The translations under genes and the position numbers were made by a program. Below the pieces are notes generated by a model. The model was not told the DNA's origin. It was given only the letters and a program-made list of their open reading frames with translations, and made no database searches. This document shows, in pieces, positions 39,901 through 53,455 of a stretch of 64,000 nt of DNA. Each line of letters opens with the position of its first letter. The stretch's first letter is position 1. The DNA comes from Malacoraja senta (Eukaryota). The DNA is taken from NCBI GenBank assembly GCA_038087875.1, contig CM075980.1, positions 10,354,001 to 10,418,000 on the forward strand, given 5' to 3'.

Positions 39901-41116
39901 GGCTACTCAAGGTAGATAAGGAGTACCAATTTAAGACAAAGAGAACCACATATGCTGGATTCACCAGCTGCTGGAGTACTCGGCGGGTCAGGTAGCAATT
40001 GTGAAATAAATGGATAGGCGACGTTTAGGTCAGATGCTGCGTGACCCGTCGAGATATCTTTGCCCATTCCCCATTCCTCATATTTAAAGGTAACATTCAC
40101 ACAGCTTTTCACGGCTATTCGCCAAAATGCAACATTTTCTTCAGAATCTCCGATTTTATTTGACCTGCAAAGTGCCATGGATTTGTCGGACCAAAGCTTT
40201 TCATCCAAAGTGGTCGGGGTCTCCTTGTATGCCAGGCCAACGCCAATTTAATCTTCACTGTTTATTGAACCATATAAGATTTTTAAAGGGTTTGAACACG
40301 CCTAGGCAGGAAACATGTTCCCGATGTTGGGGGAGTCCAGAACCAGGGGCCACAATTTAAGAACAAGGGGTAAGCTATTTAGAACGGAGATGAGGAAACA
40401 CTTTTTCACACAGAGAGTTGTTAGTCTGTGGAATTCTCTGCCTCAGAGGGCGGTGGAGGCCGGTTCTCTGGAAACTTTCAAGAGATTGCTAGATAGGGTT
40501 GAAGATAGCGGAGGCAGGGGATATGGGGAGAAGGCGGGAACGGGGTACTAATTGTGGGTGATCAGCCATGATCTCATTGAATGGCGGTGCTGGCTTGAAG
40601 GGCCGTATGGCCTACTACTGCATCTATTGTCTTTTGGTTATTGTCTAATACACAGCCATGCCTATCGCTAACTACCTCATTCTCCTTCAAATGGAGTAAA
40701 TCTCAATGAATTATCTCCAATAGTTTCCTACCACTGACGTGAGTCTCATCGTGCCTCTACTTCCCTGGATTCTTTCTACGTCTCAATCAACAAAGGAACA
40801 ACTGGTCATTTTCCTGTTCCCTTGGTGCTCGCCTGTGGCTAGTGAAGCACCAATGTGTCTTGTCAGGACCCCTGGAATCACCTCTCGCTTCCCTCAATAA
40901 ACTGGGATAGATACCANNNNNNNNNNNNNNNNNNNNNNNNNNNNNNNNNNNNNNNNNNNNNNNNNNNNNNNNNNNNNNNNNNNNNNNNNNNNNNNNNNNN
41001 NNNNNNNNNNNNNNNNNNNNNNNNNNNNNNNNNNNNNNNNNNNNNNNNNNNNNNNNNNNNNNNNNNNNNNNNNNNNNNNNNNNNNNNNNNNNNNNNNNNN
41101 NNNNNNNNNNNNNNNN

Positions 41117-42330
41117 CTGAGCAGCCTGATGAAGTACAGTCTCTGCTGGGCTTTTTTCACTGTTGCGGCAGTGTTCAAAGTCCAGTTCAGATCTGATGTT
41201 ACTTGTAATCCCAGGTATCTGTAACTGTCAGCCCTCTCCACCACAGTCCCCTTGATGATGAGGGGCTGCAAGGGGGTGGATTTTTTCTGAAGTCCATTAT
41301 TATTTCTCTTGTCTTGTCTGTGTTGAGGCTTAGGTCGTTCACCTCACCATAGGCAAGAATGTCATTCACCAGATTCCTGTAGCCCGACGTCCCCCCCCCC
41401 CCCCCCCCTTGATGAGGCCCAGGATGGTGGTGTCATCCGCATACTTAATAATTATGGTATTTTCCTGGGTGGAGACACAGTCGTGTGTGTACAGGGTGAA
41501 AAGTTTGGGACTGAGACAGCAGACTTGTGGTGATCCTGTGCTGACAGTGAGCTCTGCAGACACCCTCCTTCCCATCCTCACCACCTGTGGTCTTTCAGTC
41601 AGGAAATCCAAGATCCAGTTGCAGGTGGGAGTCGGGACGCCGAGGTCTGTCAGCTTCTCAATCAGCCTGCCCGGGTGAATGGTATTAAAAGCCGAACTGT
41701 AATCCAGGAACAGCGTTCTGACGTATGTTCCTCTGCTGTCCAGGTGTTGCAGGATGTGGTGTAGAGCAATACACTGCGTCGTCCACTGAGCGGTTGGGGC
41801 GGTAGGCGAACTGGAGGGGGTCGATCGTGCCCGGGACCATGTGATTGATATGTGTGAGAACCACTTTTTCTAAACACTTCATGGCAACTGGCGTGAGTGC
41901 CACTGGCCTGAAGTCATTCAGGGTGGATGGATTTGTTTTTTTTGGAACTGTTACGATGGTGGAAAATTTAAAAATATGGGGGACCACTGCTTGGTTTAAA
42001 GACAGAATGAAGATGTTTACAAACACTCCAGTGAGTTGTTCTGCACAGGCCTTCAGAACTTTAGGAGGGACGCCATCTGGTCCCACAACCTTGTGGGGGT
42101 TCACCTGCCTCAGAGCTTTCAGGACCTGTATGGGTGTCACCTGAAAAACAGTGTCCGTGGGGTTGCAGGGGGCTTTTGAGGGGGTATCTGTGTGCAGTCT
42201 GTCAAACCTGGTGTAGAAGGTATTAAGGCTGTCTGGGAGGGTGACATCCTGGGGGTCTGTGGTTGGTACTGTTTTCTTGTAGTTTGTGACTGCTTGGATT
42301 CCCTGCCACATACTGCGTGTGTTGTTACTT
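41117..42330 (-). mobile_element. Rex1/Babar-like LINE RT fragment
   Basis: [45 protein letters not shown]; frameshifted; left end in an N gap. Confidence 0.85.
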
Positions 42331-42344
42331 AGGTAAAAGCTTTC

Positions 42345-42810
42345 AAGTAAAAGATGGTCGAAACCTTCGCGTTTTTAGAAATCAATATCACCAGCAAGTT
42401 GTCCTGGACCAGCCACATCGAAGCATTGGCGAAGAAAGCACACCAGTTTCTCTAAGGTCCTTAGAAGGTTTAGTATGTTCAGTATGTACCTAACAGCCCT
42501 CACCAACTATTACACGTGCGCCGTAGAAAGCATTTTATCGGGATGCATGGTTTGGGAACAGCTTCATCCAAAACCGCTAAAAATTGCAGAATTTTGGACG
42601 TAGCCCAGAAAATTGTGGAAATCAATCTCCCTTCCACGGACTTCACAATGCATTGCCAGCCGATCAGCATAACACAAGGCCAGTCTCACCTCGATCACTT
42701 TCTCTTCTCCTCGCTCCCAAGGCGGAAGAGGTACAGAAGTTTGAAAACGCATACCTCCAGATTCCGGAATAATTTCTTCCCAGCAGTCATCAGGCAATTG
42801 CACCTTCCTT
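42345..42810 (+). mobile_element. Degenerate Rex1/Babar-like 3' fragment
   Basis: Similar to 49230-49680 and the RT C-terminus (SWT.H...AKKA.QR; NFFPAVIRQL). Confidence 0.6.
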
Positions 42811-43238
42811 GCCAGCGGGAGTGCCGTTCTGATGTTCCATCTACCTCATTTGCGACCTGTGAATTGTTTTTACTCGGATCCCAGAGCACTTTATCTTGTA
42901 CTAATTTACATATTCTTAATTCTGTATCGGAACACTGTGGCCGTCTTGTTTGTAGCAGGCCGGAACGCTCCCGGCAAACAGCGGCTAACAGGCCCGTCTC
43001 GCCGGCCGTGGACCGACCCCGGATGACCCGACCGGTAAACCCGACCGACCCAGAGGCTCGACGGCGTCCGCCCGAAACATCGCGGTCGGCGGGACCTCGC
43101 CCGAATGCTCGTGAACGACGGGCATTGAGAAACCGCCCGAAGGCTCGGCAGACGGCGTAACCGGGAGGGAACAGGAGACGTCGGAAGCGAAGGGCAAAGA
43201 CCAATAGGAGGGTGAACCGGAGTAATGCCTCCTGCTCG

Positions 43239-43452
43239 GTCTCACTTGGGCGTCATTTGCGCGTCACGCAGGTGGCGCACGAGGATTTTGAGAATCCACA
43301 AATCCTGGGGCGCCGCGCGCTACCGCGCTTCACTGGCTACGCCACCACGTCTCACCACGCGCCATGCGCGCGTAATGCACGCCATGCGCACATTACGCGT
43401 AAATGATGTCGCGTAAATGACGCGCAAATAACGCACAAGTGGGACAGGCCCT
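43239..43452. mobile_element. MITE with terminal inverted repeats, Harbinger-like end
   Basis: CACTTGGGCGTCATTTGCGCGTCA against TGACGCGCAAATAACGCACAAGTG (22/24 complementary); right end GGGACAGGCCC followed by TTAA; left end eroded. Confidence 0.65.
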
Positions 43453-43454
43453 TA

Positions 43455-44100
43455 AGGAATTGTCCCAGCAACATCTTCATAAATCTTCTCTGCACCCTTT
43501 CCAGCTTGACAAAATTGTTATTGTAACAAGGTGCCAAAAATTGAAAATAATACTCCAACTGCAGCACTTATGCAACTGGAACATGACATCCAAACCTCTA
43601 TACTCTGACTGATGAAGGCCAAAGTAGACAACCCATCAAGATCAACAATCTGCTGCAATTTTTGATAACCATCTTTACAATCTACAATACCACCCTCTTT
43701 TGAGTCACCTGCAAACTTGCTGAATTTGCCATGTACCTTCTCATCCAAATCATTGTCAGAGATTACAAACAGCATTCGGCCCAGCGCCGAACCCTGAGGC
43801 ACACCACTTGTCAGAGGCCTCCAGTCGGAAAACGAATCTCCCAACATCACCCTCTGCTTCCTACGATAAAGCCAATTTTCTATCAATTCAGTTACCTCTC
43901 CTTGAAACCCACGGGATCTAATGTTCCAGAGCAGCTTTCCGTGTGGAAACTTGTCAAATGCCTTACTAAAATTCATGTATAAAATTCTACAGATCTGCCT
44001 TCATGGACCTTTTTAGTGACATCTACAAAATCTCAATCAGGTTCGTGAGACATGACCTCCCCCGACCTTCCATGTTGACTATCCCAAATCAGCCAATGAC
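43455..44100 (-). mobile_element. CR1 RT fragment
   Basis: ORF 43518-43976 FSKAFDKFPH...SGVPQGSALG...SKFAGD. Confidence 0.8.
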
Positions 44101-45069
44101 CATTCAAATGAATGTATACATCACCAGCGGCATCCTCGCCAGCAGCCCGTCTGTCCTTTCGACATTTTGCTGTTCTTTTTAGTGTGTCTAAATGTATGAT
44201 TTAATGTTTCTCGGTATGTCTTATGTGGGGGGTCGTGGGCGGGGGGGGAATAGGGGGAAACCGTTTTCAGTCACTTACCTCAACGGAGATGCAACTTTTC
44301 TCCTTGTCGCATCTTCGCCCCTCTCGCGGCCTAACAACTGGTTTGGAGCTTCTAGCCGCGGGCGCGGCATGGACTTACCGTCGCGGAGCTTGGAATCCCT
44401 TGCTGGGGATCGCCAGAAGAAGTGCTCCGATCGCTGGCCCGTGGTCTTTAACATCGTGAAGCAGCGGAATCCGGTAAGAAGCGGCCAATTTGGGAACTCC
44501 AAGCCGCAGAATGTATTCTGATCTGTGCCGACGTCGGAGTTTCGATCATCCCGACGAGAGGGCTTGTAGCGGCGACTGTGGAGGGTTCAAGGCCCCGACC
44601 ACGGGTGAACAAAGGAGGAAGATTGACTGAACTTTATCGCCTCCCATCACAGTGTGAAATGCTGATTCCACTGTGAATATTGTTTATATCAAACTCTATA
44701 TATAACGTGTATTGTGCTCTTTTTACGTATGGCTGTATGGTAACCCGAATATCACTGTGACTTAATTGGTGCTTGTGCCAATAAATGTGAACTTGAACTC
44801 ACCTATCCCTCAGAATACCCTCCAGTAACTTTCCAACCACAGATGTTAGGATCTCTGGAATGTAGCTTCTAGCCTTTTCCTTGCAGCCCTTCTTGAATAG
44901 AGTCGCAACATTTGCCTCCCTATAGTCTTCCAGCACCTCGCCTGTAGTTACCAGAAAACTGCGACGGCTCCAGCTATTTCCTCTGTGGCTTATCACAGTG
45001 TCCTCGGATGTATTTGATCAGGCCCTGGAGATTTGTCTATATTAAACATGTGAGGACCTCCAGCAAGTG

Positions 45070-46522
45070 CAGTGCCCTCCATAATGTTTGGGACAAAGAC
45101 CCATCATTTATTTATTTGCCGCTGTACCCCACAATTTGAGATTTGTAATAGGAAAAAGTCACACGTGGTTACAGTGCACATTGTCAGATTTTAAGAAAGA
45201 CCATTTGTCTACATTTTGGTTTCACCATATAGAAATTACAGCTGTGTTTATATATAGTCCCCCTCATTTCAGGGCACCATAATGTTTGGGACACGTGGCT
45301 TCACAGGTGTTTGTACTTGCTCAGATGTGTTTAAATGCCTCCTTGATGCAGGTGTAGGAGAGCTCTCAGCACCTAGTCTTTACGCCAATCTTTCCATTAC
45401 CTTTGGAAACTGTTATTGCTGTTTATCTACATGAGGACCAAAGTTGTGCCAATGAAAGCCAAAGAACCCATTATGAGACTGAGAAAGAAGAATAAAACTG
45501 TTAGAGACATCATCCAAACCTTAGGCTTACCAAAATCAACCGTTTGGATCATCATTAAGAAAGAGAGCACTGGTGAGCTTACTAATCACAATGCCAACGA
45601 AGATCTCCACAACTGATGACAGAAGAATTCTCTCTAAAATAAAGAAGAAGAAAAAAACACATGTCCGACAGATCAAAAACACTCTTCAGGAGTCAGGTGC
45701 GGATTTGTCAATGACCACTGCCACAGAAGACTTCATGAACAGAAATACAAAGGCTACACTGCAAGATGCAAACCACTGGTTAGCTGCAAAATAGGATGGC
45801 CAGGTTATTGTTTGCAAGAAGTACTTAAAAGAGCAACCACAGTTCTAGAAAAAGGTCTTGTGAACTGATGAGACGAAGATTAACTTATATCAGTGTGATG
45901 GCTAGAGCAAAGTAAGGAGTAGAGAAGGAACTGCCCAAAATCCAAAGCATAGCACCTCACCTGTGAAACACGGTGGTGGGGGTGTTATGGCCTGGGCATG
46001 TATGGCTGCTGAAGGTACAGGCTCACTTATCTTCATTGCTGATACAACCTGCTGATGGTAGTAGCATAATTAATTCTGAAGTGTGTAGACACATCCTATC
46101 AGCTCAAGTTCAAACAACTGCCTCAAAACTCATTGGCCGGTAGTTCATTCTACAGCAAGGCAGTGATCCCAAACATACTGCTAAAGCAACAAATTAGTTT
46201 TTCAAAGCTAAAAAATGGTAAATTCTTGAGTGGCCAAGACAATCACCCGATCTGAACCCAATTGAGCATGCCTTTTATTTGCTGAAGAAAAACTGAAGGG
46301 GACTAGCCCCCAAAACAAAATAAGCCAATTATTTGGCTTATGAATCGCAGACTTAAAGCAGTCATTGCATGCAAAGGATATGCAACAAAATACTAAACAT
46401 GACTACTTTCATTTACATGACATTGCTGTGTCCCAAACATTATGGTGTCCTGAAATGGGGGGACTATGTATAAACACTGCTGTCATTTCTACATGGTGAA
46501 ACCAAAATGTATAAAAATGGCC
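45070..46522 (+). mobile_element. Degenerate Tc1/mariner element (IR/DR type), copy 1, right end truncated
   Basis: CAGTG end, repeated CATAATGTTTGGGACA direct repeats, inverted copy at 46429-46452; disrupted transposase with HTH, DETKINL, KHGGG, SPDLNPIEH. Confidence 0.85.
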
Positions 46523-47424
46523 TTTATTAAAGAACCAATAAAGAACACAAGGTGGCACAAGTTCAAAACGCGGACCGATTAAGCACAACCGCTGGTGGAA
46601 TCTGCACATCGTGGTATGATCACGTCTACACCTGAGCACCACTATGGGTAGAGTAGAATGAACACAAGCTATACTGTAAACGTTTATCCAGCCGAGGGGG
46701 AAACGGAGCGCAGGAAGGAGATTGAATCCCGCATAACCTGGTGCCAAAATAACAACTGTTCTCAATGGCAGCAAGACGTACGAGATTCTGGTTGACTTCA
46801 TGGAACCAAGAAGGACACACATGAAGACGGCGAACTAGAGGTGTTCGAATGAATATCACCAGCAAACTCGCCTGGACCAGCCATGTCGAAACAATGGCCA
46901 AGAATGCACACAACGCCTTAATTTCCTAAGGAGACTCAGTAACTTTGGCGTGTACTTAACAGCCCTCGCCAATTACCACAGCTGCGCTCTAGAAAACATT
47001 TTAATCGGCATGCATCACACCCATGGTTTGGGAACAGGTCCATCGAAACTCTATATATAACGTGTATTGTGCTCTTTTTACGTATGGCTGTATGGTAACC
47101 CGAATATCACTGTGACTTAATTGGTGCTTGTGCCAATAAATGTGAACTTGAACTCACCTATCCCTCAGAATACCCTCCAGTAACTTTCCAACCACAGATG
47201 TTAGGATCTCTGGAATGTAGCTTCTAGCCTTTTCCCTGCAGCCCTTCTTGAATAGAGTCGCAACATTTGCCTCCCTATAGTCTTCCAGCACCTCGCCTGT
47301 AGTTACCAGAAAACTGCGACGGCTCCAGCTATTTCCTCTGTGGCTTATCACAGTGTCCTCGGATGTATTTGATCAGGCCCTGGAGATTTATCTATATTAA
47401 ACATGTGAGGACCTCCAGCAAGTG

Positions 47425-48922
47425 CAGTGCCCTCCATAATGTTTGGGACAAAGACCCATCATTTATTTATTTGCCTCTGTACCCCACAATTTGAGATTTG
47501 TAATAGAAAAAGTCACACGTGGTTACAGTGCACATTGTCAGATTTTAAGAAAGACCATTTGTATACATTTTGGTTTCACCATATAGAAATTACAGCTGTG
47601 TTTATATATAGTCCCCCTCATTTCAGGGCACCATAATGTTTGGGACACGTGGCTTCACAGGTGTTTGTACTTGCTCAGATGTGTTTAAATGCCTCCTTGA
47701 TGCAGGTGTAGGAGAGCTCTCAGCACCTAGTCTTTACGCCAATCTTTCCATTACCTTTGGAAACTGTTATTGCTGTTTATCTACATGAGGACCAAAGTTG
47801 TGCCAATGAAAGCCAAAGAAGCCATTATGAGACTGAGAAAGAAGAATAAAACTGTTAGAGACATCATCCAAACCTTAGGCTTACCAAAATCAACTGTTTG
47901 GATCATCATTAAGAAAGAGAGCACTGGTGAGCTTACTAATCACAATGCCAACGAAGACCTCCACAGCTGATGGCAGAAGAATTCTCTCTAGAATAAAGAA
48001 GAAGAAAAAAACACATGTCCGACAGATCAAAAACACTCTTCAGGAGTCAGGTGCGGATTTGTCAATGACCACTGCCACAGAAGACTTCATGAACAGAAAT
48101 ACAAAGGCTACACTGCAAGATGCAAACCACTGGTTAGCCGCAAAATAGGATGGCCAGGTTACTGTTTGCAAGAAGTACTTAAAAGAGCAACCACAGTTCT
48201 GGAAAAAGGTCTTGTGAACAGATGAGACGAAGATTAACTTATATCAGTGTGATGGCAAGAGCAAAGTAAGGAGTAGAGAAGGAACTGCCCAAAATCCAAA
48301 GCATAGCACCTCACCTGTGAAACACGGTGGTGGGGGTGTTGTGGCCTGGGCATGTGTGGCTGCTGAAGGTACAGGCTCACTTATCTTCATTGCTGATACA
48401 ACCTGCTGATGGTAGTAGCATAATGAATTCTGAAGTGTGTAGACACATCCTATCAGCTCAAGTTCAAACAACTGCCTCAAAACTCATTGGCCGGTAGTTC
48501 ATTCTACAGCAAGACAATGATCCCAAACATACTGCTAAAGCAACAAATTAGTTTTTCAAAGCTAAAAAATGGTAAATTCTTGAGTGGCCAAGACAGTCAC
48601 CCGATCTGAACCCAATTGAGCATGCCTTTTATTTGCTGAAGAAAAACTGAAGGGGACTAGCCCCCAAAACAAAATAAGCCAAAGATGGCTGCAATACCAG
48701 AGAAGACAACCAGCAACTGGTGATGTCCATGAATCGCAGACTTCAAGCAGTCATTGCATGCAAAGGATATGCAACAAAATACTAAACATGACTACTTTCA
48801 TTTACATGACATAGCTGTGTCCCAAACATTATGGTGTCCTGAAATGGGGGGACTATGTATAAACACTGCTGTCATTTCTACATGGTGAAACCAAAATGTA
48901 TAAAAATGGCCTTTATTAAAGA
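47425..48922 (+). mobile_element. Degenerate Tc1/mariner element, copy 2 (product of the tandem duplication)
   Basis: Near-identical to 45070-46522. Confidence 0.85.
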
Positions 48923-50463
48923 ACGAATAAAGAACATAAGGTGGCACAAGTTCGAAACGCGGACCGATTAAGCACAACCGCTGGTGGAATCTGCACATCG
49001 TGGTATGATCACGTCTACACCTGAGCACCACTATGGGTAGAGTAGAATTAACACAAGCTATACTGTAAACGTTTATCCAGCAGAGGGGGAGACGGAGCGC
49101 AGGAAGGAGATTGAAACCCGCATAACCTGGTGCCAAAATAACAACTGTTCTCAATGGCAGCAAGACGTACGAGATTCTGGTTGACTTCATGGAACCAAGA
49201 AGGACACACATGATGACGGCGAACTAGAGGTGTTCGAATGAATATCACCAGCAAACTCGCCTGGACCAGCCATGTCGAACAATGGCCAAGAATGCACACA
49301 ACGCCTTTATTTCCGAAGGAGACTCAGTAACTTTGGCGTGTACTTAACAGCCCTCGCCAATTACCACAGCTGCGCTCTAGAAAACGTTTTAATCGGCATG
49401 CATCACACCCATGGTTTGGGAACAGGTCCATCGAAACTCGCAAGAAATTGCAGACAGTTGTGGACATAGCCCAGGCCATCACGCAAAACAGCCTGCCTTC
49501 CTTGGACTCCATCTGCACCACGCTGCCTTGCTGGGCCACCATCTTAATCAAGAAGTAGTCTCACTCTGGTCATTCCCTCTCTCCCATCAAGCAAGAAGTA
49601 CAGAAGTTTGAAAACGCATACGTCCAGATTCACGGAAAGTTCCTTTCCAGCTGTTATCAGGCAACCGAACCGTCCTCTCACGAGCGGGTGTGCGGTCCAG
49701 GCCTCTCGTTTAGCCTCATAGGAGACCATTGATTTATCGTTAATAGAACTTCATCATGCACTGAATGGTATACCTTTATCCTCTACCTGTACAATGTGGA
49801 CATTATAATCATATAATCCTTTTGTTGACATTAAAAAATGTTTTTACAGTCTCAATATAATAAACCAAACTAAGATGATGAAGAAGAAATATGAGTTCAA
49901 AATATAGTGATCATGGGATGTAATTGTGAACGAAATAAATGTAAGATTCCAGATTGCGGTGATATGGGAATTTCAGATTTAACATTGTCCATTAGCGCCA
50001 CGGTAGCATGGATGAAGAAGAAAGAAAACGCACACAGGCATTCTGTTTCATGAACTTTGACGAAGAACACCAACGTCTGTGTCCATTGTACAGAGCGGGG
50101 ACTAAGGGCATTTTCGTGTCTCTGGAGACATATTCAGGCGGAATTGGCATGACACAGATATCCAAGTTCGCCGAAGAACTGGCAAAGTTCAAAGCGCCAG
50201 ATGTGCACTTGTTCTACGAGTTTGGAGCTCTGTTTGAAATTAAGAAGCTCAGTTTTAACAAACCATTGTTCACAGCGCCATGCGCAAATATGCTCTGGAA
50301 CAGGATGTCAACGTGTGGCATAGACGACATAGGTTTTGCAATAGAATTGACGTATATAGATATATTTCAATGAGCTCATCGCCACGGGGATCATGCTGGG
50401 ACCACCTTCTTACTAATCGTGTAAAAATGGGGTTGAAGGGAATTAACGAAATCGTGGAGTTTT

Positions 50464-53455
50464 TATTTAAATCTTTTTATTTGAATTTCACAGCAATTTG
50501 CATACATGCTATGATAACAGACAGTGACAGTCAAGGCATAATTGTGCAACAGTATGTAAGCGACCCTCAAAGCCCTTACCCTTACCCACCTTCAACCCAC
50601 CCGAATCAGGTCGGAACCAAACGGGGACAAACAACACTCACATACGTACACATCCACACAAATATGGTAAGATAAACGAAACAAAAAGTACTTAAAAAAA
50701 ATAAAAATAAAAATAATTTTAAAAAAATAAAAAAATAAAAAGATAAATAAAAAAATAAAAAAATTGGGGTCACTACTAACAGTAAATAAGTAAGTAATTA
50801 AATAAATAAGTGTGGGGAGGGGGGTTTAAGGGGAGAGCAGCTGCAGTAGAGCAAAACAATGGTGGAGAGCACTCAATCCTCTTCCGAGTCCGGGGACAAG
50901 TTGAGAGAGTTAACAAGTTCCAAGAAAGGGTTCCATGTATCTAGGAATGTCTTGGTAGAGCCTGTGAGAGAGAACCTAAGTTTTTCAAGCTTTAAATTGT
51001 AAAGCACCTCCTTAATCCAACGGGCGTGTGTCGGGGGACAGGTGAGCCTCCAGTTAAGCAAGATCAGTCTCCGGGCTAACAAAGTTGTAAAAGCTAGGAC
51101 CCGTTTCACCGCAACAGAGAGGTTGGTGTTAGGAGGGGTACCGAAAATGGCTGACATTGGGTTTGGAGGAATAGTCTGGCCGTAGGCTCTGCTTATCAAG
51201 TCCAAAGCACTCCTCCAAAAGGCTGCTAGCTTAGGGCAAGACCAAAACATATGGCTATGGTTGGCAGGGGATTGATTACATCTGTTGCAGGTGTCCCTAA
51301 CAGCGGGGTAAATTGTAGATAATCTTGCATTTGTGTAGTGGACTTTGTGAAGGACTTTGCATTGGATTAGGCCATGACGGGCACATATGGAGGAAGAATG
51401 GATCAAATCCAAGGCAGAGTCCCATTGCTTGTCTGTTAGTTTCGTATTCAGCTCACCCTCCCACGCAGCTTTTAATGAGGTATGAAGTTTCAATATAACC
51501 GACCCTAGCAAATTATACAAAATAGAGATGCATTTCTTCCGGTTGGGATCTAGAGCGAAGATGGTATCGGTCAGGGTTTCAGGGGGGCGATTTGGGAAAT
51601 GGGGGAATGTCTTCTTCACAAAATCTCTAATCTGGATAAAACCAAAAAGGTGGGAGTTTGGGAGGCTGTAGTTGGACGAGAGCACCGCAAAGGACGAAAA
51701 GATGCAATCCTTGTATAGGTTTTTGATACTACTGATACCGTTGCTATGCCAGGTTTTGAATGCGTGGTCTGTACTTGAAGGTTTAAAGATGTGATTTTTA
51801 AGCAGTGGGGTCAAGATGGAAGGGCCTTGTAAACCGAAGTTTTTCCTGAGTTGACTCCATATCTTGAGCGAGAGGGACGCAATTGGGCCTGCACCCACAG
51901 ATGTTATAGGAAGGGGGAGTTGGGAGCATAGGACAGACCGCAACGGGAGACGTGAACTCGCCATTTCCATGTATACCCAGTCGGTAGGTGGTCGCAATCA
52001 TCATTCATCCAATACAGGAGTTTTTTCAAGTTAGCTGCCCAATAGTATCGCCTAAAGTCAGGAAGTGCCAAACCGCCGTCACTCTTAGGAGACTGCAGTA
52101 TCGCCTTTCGGATTCTAGCCGGTTTGCCACCCCATAAAAATTTAGATATTGTCCTTTCTAATTTATCAAAAATAGATTTAGTGATAAGTATAGGGACGTG
52201 CTGGAAAAGATACAGGAATTTGGGTAGGACGACCATCTTGACCAGATTTATCCGGCCCACGAGGGATAGCGGTAAAACTGACCAGCGGTCAAAATCTCTT
52301 TCGACTTTCTCAACCAGAGGCAGAAAGTTTGTGCGGAACATATCAGATAAGGGTGTTGTGATAAAAACGCCGAGATAGCGAAACCCGTCCTCTGCCCATT
52401 TGAATGAGGTTAAAGAGCGAGGGAGCTGCTTAGCCAATGAGTTAATCGGTAATAGCTCACTCTTTTGGTAGTTAAGTTTATAACCAGAATACGCACCAAA
52501 CCGTTCTAAAATATTCGTAATCACAGGGCGAGAACTGACTGGGTTCGAGATGTACAGGAGCAGGTCATCTGCATACAATGAGACTTTATGAGTTGTGTCG
52601 AACTGTGTAATACCTTTGAAGCCCTTCTCTGAGCGTAACCAGACCGCCAGGGGTTCTATCGCGACAGCAAACAGGAGTGGTGATAACGGGCAACCCTGTC
52701 TGGTACCTCTCTGAAGGGGGAAGTGGGGCGACAGTGTGCCGTTTGTTTGTACTGAGGCCACCGGGGACGAGTATAATAGCCTGACCCAAAGAATAAAACT
52801 GTTACCGAGGCCAAACCTGTCCATCGCCTCATAATGTCGAAAGCTTTTTCGGCATCGAGGGAGACCACTATCTCCGGGGTCTCACTACTCGGTGAATGGA
52901 TGATGTTAAGGAGACGCCTAGTATTGTGGGAAGACTGTCGGCCTGGTATGAACCCTGTTTGATCTAACGAGATAATAGAGGGCATCACTCGTTGAAGACG
53001 GAGCGCAAGGGCTTTAGAGAGGATTTTGAGGTCCACATTCAGGAGTGAAATTGGTCTATAGCTACTACAAAGCAGGGGATCTTTCTCCTTTTTAAGAATT
53101 AGGGAGATAGTAGCCCACGACAAGGTGGGCGGTAGGCGACGATGTAAAAACGCCTCATTGTACATATCTCTCAGGACTGGTGCGAGGAGAGCAGAGAAAG
53201 CTATGTAATATTCTACAGTGAAGCCGTCAGGGCCGGGTGACTTTCCGCTTTGCAGCGATGTGATGGCTGCTTGGACCTCAGCAACAGTTATGGGACCACC
53301 CAAGTCTCCCGTGGCTTCATCGTCAATTCGGGGAAACGTCATACAACTGAGCATGTCTCCTGCAGTGGTAGGACAGTCGGAAGCGTATAGTTCAGCGTAG
53401 AATTTAGCAAATGCTTCATTAATTCTAAGAGGATCAGTATGAATCTCCACTAAGC
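50464..53455 (-). mobile_element. 5'-truncated L1-clade LINE with most of the RT, 12-bp TSD
   Basis: KSPGPDG, YRPISLLN, LDAEKAFD, RQGCPLSP, YADD, zf-RVT; small frameshifting deletion near 52830; TSD TCGTGGAGTTTT at 50452-50463 and 53456-53467, empty site reads TT/AAAA. Confidence 0.92.

Larger units (their letters stand above)
1..40916 (+). repeat. Tandem segmental duplication array, one IgL cluster per unit
   Basis: Leader ATGs at 3279, 19804 and 34199 (spacings 16525 and 14395); intergenic sequence recurs colinearly (1-2600 with 11835-16540 and 26228-30840; 5500-11800 with 22015-26200 and 36270-40916). Confidence 0.95.
44691..49433 (+). repeat. Direct tandem duplication of about 2.36 kb (44691-47045, 47046-49433)
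   Basis: Paired ORFs 44799/47154, 45416/47770, 46409/48798; AAACTC at 44691, 47046 and 49434. Confidence 0.95.

Noticed and set aside
41390-41408. C19 homopolymer giving a poly-Gly stretch or a G-quadruplex candidate
   Set aside because: It lies in a decayed LINE RT; a slippage expansion or sequencing artefact is more likely than function.
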